Below, piece by piece: positions 59,794 to 64,000 of a stretch of 64,000 nt of DNA. The position numbers were made by a program, and so were the translations under genes. Under the pieces are notes generated by a model, which was not told the origin of the DNA, made no database searches, and saw nothing but the letters and a program-made list of their open reading frames with translations. The number at the start of each line of letters is the position of its first letter. Positions within the stretch are counted from its first letter, which is position 1. Origin of the DNA: Acidobacteriota bacterium (GTDB lineage: Bacteria; Acidobacteriota; UBA890; WLXD01); assembly GCA_965205505.1 (NCBI GenBank), contig CBDBHB010000009.1, positions 1,888,001 through 1,952,000 on the forward strand. The letters run 5' to 3'.

Positions 59794-60146
59794 CTGGGGC
59801 TGATGAGACCAACTAGCGTGCCCCGGCAGGACGCAGGGGCACGGTCACGGCATCAGCGGTAGACGTCGGGCTGGTGAAGGATGTTCCGGTTGAACCACAT
59901 GTCAGGCCACGAGCGATTGGGTGGAGACGTGAGGCTAGCCGCCGAAGCAACGGCGTCGCGAAACGGACGGAGGCCGGACAAGTATCATCCCATCGCACCG
60001 TGAGCACGGGCAACCTCGGGGTGTTTCCCTACGCGGTCAGGCGTTTTGCAGCGACTTGACGACAGGCATACGATGTCCGCCTGAGATCGGCCAGGCGATC
60101 CGGCTGATCAGGCGACGACGACTGAGTTATCCACCGAGAGGCGACC

Positions 60147-61709
60147 GTGATGGCCGAAGAATTCCGCGTTACCTATGCGACGCTCGCAGCCGACCCGAAC
60201 ATGCACGCCGACTACGAGCGCGGCATCGAGGACGCCAAGGCGTGGCTCGGCCAGCGACATCCGTTCTATGTGAATGGGGAGGCTCGCGACGGTGATGGCT
60301 GGCACACGGAGGTGTCCCCGATCGACTCGGACATCGTGCTCGGCGAGTTCGCCAGAGCGACCCATCAGGACGTGAGCGATGCCATCGCTGCCGCCAAGGA
60401 CTACGCGCTGGCCTGGGACGCCCTGGGATACCAGAAGCGCGCCGAGATCCTCGACCGGGCCGCAGGGATCATCGAGGAGCGGCGCTACATGATGTCGGCG
60501 CTGATGGCCATGGAGGTGGGGAAGAATCGCCTCGAGGCCGTCGGCGACGTGCAGGAGTCGGCCGACCTCATCCGTTGGAACACACACGCGATGATCCAGG
60601 CCAAGGGCTTCAAGGTGCCGATGCAGCCGCTGGGCGAGGCCGGCGACTACTACGACATCATGCGCCCCTACGGCGTCTGGGGGGTCATCAGCCCCTTCAA
60701 CTTCCCGATGGCGCTGGCGGCAGGCCCGTCGTCGGCGGCGCTGGCAGCCGGGAACACGGTGGTCTTCAAGCCTGCTTCACAGGGCGCGGCAACCGGGCAC
60801 ATGCTCTACGAGGCCTATCGCGAGGCCGGCATGCCACCCGCGGCGTTCCAGTTGTTGTCGGGGTCTGGGGAGGTCGTCGGCGACGGCATCGCCACCAGCC
60901 CCGACGTAAAGGGCCTCACGTTTACCGGCTCCTACGAAGTCGGGATGAAGATCTACAGGGAATTCGCCAAGGACTACCCCAAGCCGGCTATCTGCGAGAT
61001 GGGCGGCAAGAACCCGACGATCGTCACCAGGCACGCCGATATCGAAAAGGCCACCGATGGCGTGTGGCGCAGTGCGTTCGGTCTCCAGGGGCAGAAGTGC
61101 TCGGCTAACTCGCGGGTGTACGTGGAGCGCGAGCTGTACGACGAGTTCGTCGCCAAGTTGAGGGAAAAGACCGAGGCCCTGGTGGTCGGCAACCCGCTTG
61201 AGCAGGGCGTGTTTGTTGGACCGGTGATCAACCAGGCGGCTGTCGACACTTTCGAGGAAGCCGCCGAGGAAGCCAGACGGACAGGTGAGGTGATCGCCGG
61301 CGGAGAGGTGATGACCGACGGCGAATTGGCACGCGGCACCTACGTGCAGCCGACAGTGGTACATGTGCCACGCGACTCCTGGCTGTGGAAGCGCGAGCTG
61401 TTCGTGCCGTTCGTGGCGGTGGATGCGGTGGACTCGCTCGACGAGGCGATCGAGCTCGCCAACGACACCGAGTACGGCCTTACGGCGGGTCTGTTCAGCG
61501 AGGATCAAGCCGAGATCGACCGCTTCTGTAGCGAGATCGAGGCCGGCGTCATCTACATCAACCGCGCCTCCGGAGCCACCACCGGTGCTTGGCCGGGAGC
61601 TCAGCCGTTCGGCGGCTGGAAGGGTTCCGGGACGATGGGTAAGGCCGCCGGCGGTCCCTACTACGTGCTTCAGTACATGCGCGAACAATCCAGGACGGTG
61701 ATCGGATGA
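60147..61709 (+). CDS. Aldehyde dehydrogenase (P5C dehydrogenase-like)
   Basis: ISPFNFP, FTGS, EMGGKN, GQKCSA, ELF, QPFGGWKGSG. Confidence 0.92.
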   Translation: MMAEEFRVTYATLAADPNMHADYERGIEDAKAWLGQRHPFYVNGEARDGDGWHTEVSPIDSDIVLGEFARATHQDVSDAIAAAKDYALAWDALGYQKRAEILDRAAGIIEERRYMMSALMAMEVGKNRLEAVGDVQESADLIRWNTHAMIQAKGFKVPMQPLGEAGDYYDIMRPYGVWGVISPFNFPMALAAGPSSAALAAGNTVVFKPASQGAATGHMLYEAYREAGMPPAAFQLLSGSGEVVGDGIATSPDVKGLTFTGSYEVGMKIYREFAKDYPKPAICEMGGKNPTIVTRHADIEKATDGVWRSAFGLQGQKCSANSRVYVERELYDEFVAKLREKTEALVVGNPLEQGVFVGPVINQAAVDTFEEAAEEARRTGEVIAGGEVMTDGELARGTYVQPTVVHVPRDSWLWKRELFVPFVAVDAVDSLDEAIELANDTEYGLTAGLFSEDQAEIDRFCSEIEAGVIYINRASGATTGAWPGAQPFGGWKGSGTMGKAAGGPYYVLQYMREQSRTVIG

Positions 61710-63046
61710 GCAGCACCGAGGTTTCTATCGCAGATCTCGCCGGCGTAGCGGCTCCACTAATCGTCGTCGAGCCGCCTGGTCCCAAGGCTCAGGCGATTGT
61801 TGCGCGCGACCAGCGGGTGACCTCACCGTCGCTGCCGCGCGCATATCCGTTTGCCCCGCGGCGCGGGAGCGGCTCGGTACTCGAGGACGTCGACGGCAAC
61901 CTGTTCCTCGACTTGAATGCCGGCATCGCGGTCAATGCCACGGGACATTCGCACCCCGCCGTGGTCGAGGCGATTCAGCAGCAGGCGTCCGAGTTGCTGC
62001 ACTACTCGGCGTCGGACTTCTTCCTGCCAATCTACTCCGACGTTTGTCAGCGGCTCGACGAGATCTCGCCGTTCTCAGGGCCGTCGCGCGCTTTTCTCAC
62101 CAACTCGGGTACCGAGGCCGTGGAGGCGGCCCTGAAGCTGGCACGCTACGTCACCGGCAGGCACAACGTGATTGCGTTCTACGGTGCCTTCCACGGTCGC
62201 TCGTACGGCAGCGTCTCGTTGACAGCTTCCAAAGCCAAGTACCACCGGCGTTTCGGACCCCTGCTTCCGGGCGTGTACCACGCTCCGTATGGCGACGGCT
62301 ATGGATGGGGTTTGGGCCTGGCGGAAAGCACCGGGGGATTGGCGAGCATCGATTACATCGAGAAGGTGCTTTTCAAGCACGTTCTGGCAGCCGACGACGT
62401 GGCGGCGATCTTCGTCGAGCCGGTGCAGGGCGAAGGCGGCTACATCTTCCCACCGCAGGAATTCCTGCCCGAGCTGCGGCGGCTGTGCGACGAGCACGGC
62501 ATCCTGCTGGTGGCCGACGAGGTGCAGTCGGGTATGGGCCGTACCGGTAAGACGTGGGCCATCGAGCACTTCGGCGTCGAGCCCGACATCATCCTGTCGG
62601 GCAAGGGCATCGCCAGCGGCATGCCGCTGGGCGCGATGATCGCGCGCGAGGATCTGATGTCCTGGGAGTTCGGTGCGCACGGCTCCACCTACGGGGGATC
62701 GCCGACGCCGTGCGCAGCCGCGCTTGCGACCATCGATCTGATCGAGAACGGCCTCAAGCAGAACGCCGCCGACGTCGGGGCCTATCTGATGGACGGGCTG
62801 CGCGAGCTGCAGTCGAGGCACGACGTGATTCGCGATCTGCGCGGGCTGGGCCTGATGATCGGCGTCGAGTTGCCGAGCCACGACGTGATGGGTCGGATCG
62901 AAAAAGAGGCCTTCAAGCGCGGTTTGCTGATGCTGGGCTGCGGCGACAACGTGATCCGCATCACGCCACCGCTGGTCTTCACTCGACAGCAGGTCGACCG
63001 GGGTCTCGAGGTGTTCGAAGAGGTCCTCGACGCGGTCGACGGGTAG
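61706..63046 (+). CDS. Class III aminotransferase (4-aminobutyrate/5-aminovalerate-like)
   Basis: NSGTEAVE, FHGR, EPVQGEGG, DEVQSGMGRTG, GKGIASG. Confidence 0.92.
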   Translation: MSSTEVSIADLAGVAAPLIVVEPPGPKAQAIVARDQRVTSPSLPRAYPFAPRRGSGSVLEDVDGNLFLDLNAGIAVNATGHSHPAVVEAIQQQASELLHYSASDFFLPIYSDVCQRLDEISPFSGPSRAFLTNSGTEAVEAALKLARYVTGRHNVIAFYGAFHGRSYGSVSLTASKAKYHRRFGPLLPGVYHAPYGDGYGWGLGLAESTGGLASIDYIEKVLFKHVLAADDVAAIFVEPVQGEGGYIFPPQEFLPELRRLCDEHGILLVADEVQSGMGRTGKTWAIEHFGVEPDIILSGKGIASGMPLGAMIAREDLMSWEFGAHGSTYGGSPTPCAAALATIDLIENGLKQNAADVGAYLMDGLRELQSRHDVIRDLRGLGLMIGVELPSHDVMGRIEKEAFKRGLLMLGCGDNVIRITPPLVFTRQQVDRGLEVFEEVLDAVDG

Positions 63047-63054
63047 GGGCGACA

Positions 63055-63972
63055 GTGGGCAAGGTCGTTTCCATGCAGGACGCCGTGCGCGATCTCGTGC
63101 GCGACAGCGACACGGTGGCGATCGAGGGGTTCACCCACCTCATCTGCTTTGCGGCCGGGCACGAGATCATCCGGCAGCGCAAGCGCGACCTGACGCTGGC
63201 GCGCATGACCCCCGATGTGACCTACGACCAGATGATCGCCGCCGGTGTGGCCAGCAAACTGATCTTCTCGTGGTTAGGCAACCCTGGCGTCGGGTCGCTG
63301 CACGCTATTCGCCGTCGTGTAGAGAGGGCTGACCCGGCGCCGCTCGAGATCGAGGAGTACAGCCATTTCGGCATGGTGTGCCGCTACGTGGCAGGGGCCT
63401 CGCGACTGCCGTTCATGCCGCTGCGCTCGTACGAGGAGTCCGACATCCCGTCGGTCAACGATCAGATCCGCTGGGTCGACAACCCCTTTGGCAGCGGTCG
63501 GATCGCCGCCGTGCCGCCGCTGAACGCAGACGTCGCGATCATCCACGCGCAGCGTGCTGACGCTGACGGCAACGCACAAATCTGGGGCCTGCTCGGCTGC
63601 CAGAAGGAGGCCGCGTTCGGTGCCGGGCGCGTCATCCTGGTGGTGGAGGAGCTGGTCAGCGAGCAGACGATCCGCCGCGACCCCAACCGCACGATGATCC
63701 CGGGGATCAAGGTCGATGCGGTTGTTGTCGAGCCGTTCGGGTGTCACCCCTCCTACGTTCAGGGGTACTACGACCGCGACAATGATTTCTACGTAAAGTG
63801 GGACGAGATCGCGCGCGATCCGGACACCCTCGCCACCTGGCTCCAGGAGTGGGTCTACGACCTGTCGTGCCATGCCGACTACGTGGAGAAGTTCGGCGGC
63901 GCCTACTGGGATCGCCTACGCCCAACTGGCCCGGCTCTTTCCGGCGAGGTCGACTATGGAGAGTACGCGTGA
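63055..63972 (+). CDS. CoA-transferase subunit A (glutaconate CoA-transferase-like)
   Basis: EGFTHLICFAAGHEIIRQ, IIHAQRAD..GNAQ, HPSYVQGYYDRD. Confidence 0.88.
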   Translation: MGKVVSMQDAVRDLVRDSDTVAIEGFTHLICFAAGHEIIRQRKRDLTLARMTPDVTYDQMIAAGVASKLIFSWLGNPGVGSLHAIRRRVERADPAPLEIEEYSHFGMVCRYVAGASRLPFMPLRSYEESDIPSVNDQIRWVDNPFGSGRIAAVPPLNADVAIIHAQRADADGNAQIWGLLGCQKEAAFGAGRVILVVEELVSEQTIRRDPNRTMIPGIKVDAVVVEPFGCHPSYVQGYYDRDNDFYVKWDEIARDPDTLATWLQEWVYDLSCHADYVEKFGGAYWDRLRPTGPALSGEVDYGEYA

Positions 63973-64000
63973 GCGCCGCGCTGCCTGACGTGGGCTTCTC
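63969..64000 (+). CDS. Probable start of CoA-transferase subunit B (partial)
   Basis: GTGA overlap with subunit A stop; identity inferred from operon logic only. Confidence 0.4.
   Translation, partial: MSAALPDVGF

Overview
High-GC bacterial chromosome segment, probably Acidobacteriota-like (inferred from gene content and order only). Left to right it holds: a PAPS/sulfation-type operon (cysQ, small RHH protein, sat, cysC, two alkaline-phosphatase-superfamily genes); an ACT protein; purC broken by a 163-bp templated insertion; a Fis-like gene; a CIRCE-preceded groES-groEL fusion scar; skp; RNase P RNA; a frameshifted IS110-family (IS1111-type) element; ssb; two paralogous secreted proteins; tol-pal; recN; mtnP-pfkB-coaX; tonB; plsC; folE; and a Lon-like protease. 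An accessory catabolic region follows (carnitine genes, amidohydrolase, two DUF5916 paralogs, TauE, SoxCD, penicillin acylase, KamA, ALDH/aminotransferase/CoA-transferase). Two linked observations stand out. (1) There is a family of CTAG-bounded, ~279-bp non-coding elements with four different terminal inverted repeats but one covarying two-arm internal fold. They sit on TAG stop codons and nest inside each other. (2) The IS110 element is inserted exactly in the terminus of one such repeat, and its downstream non-coding RNA has an internal loop whose two strands match that terminus, suggesting a bridge/seekRNA programmed against the repeat family. All calls come from reading the sequence; no searches were run.
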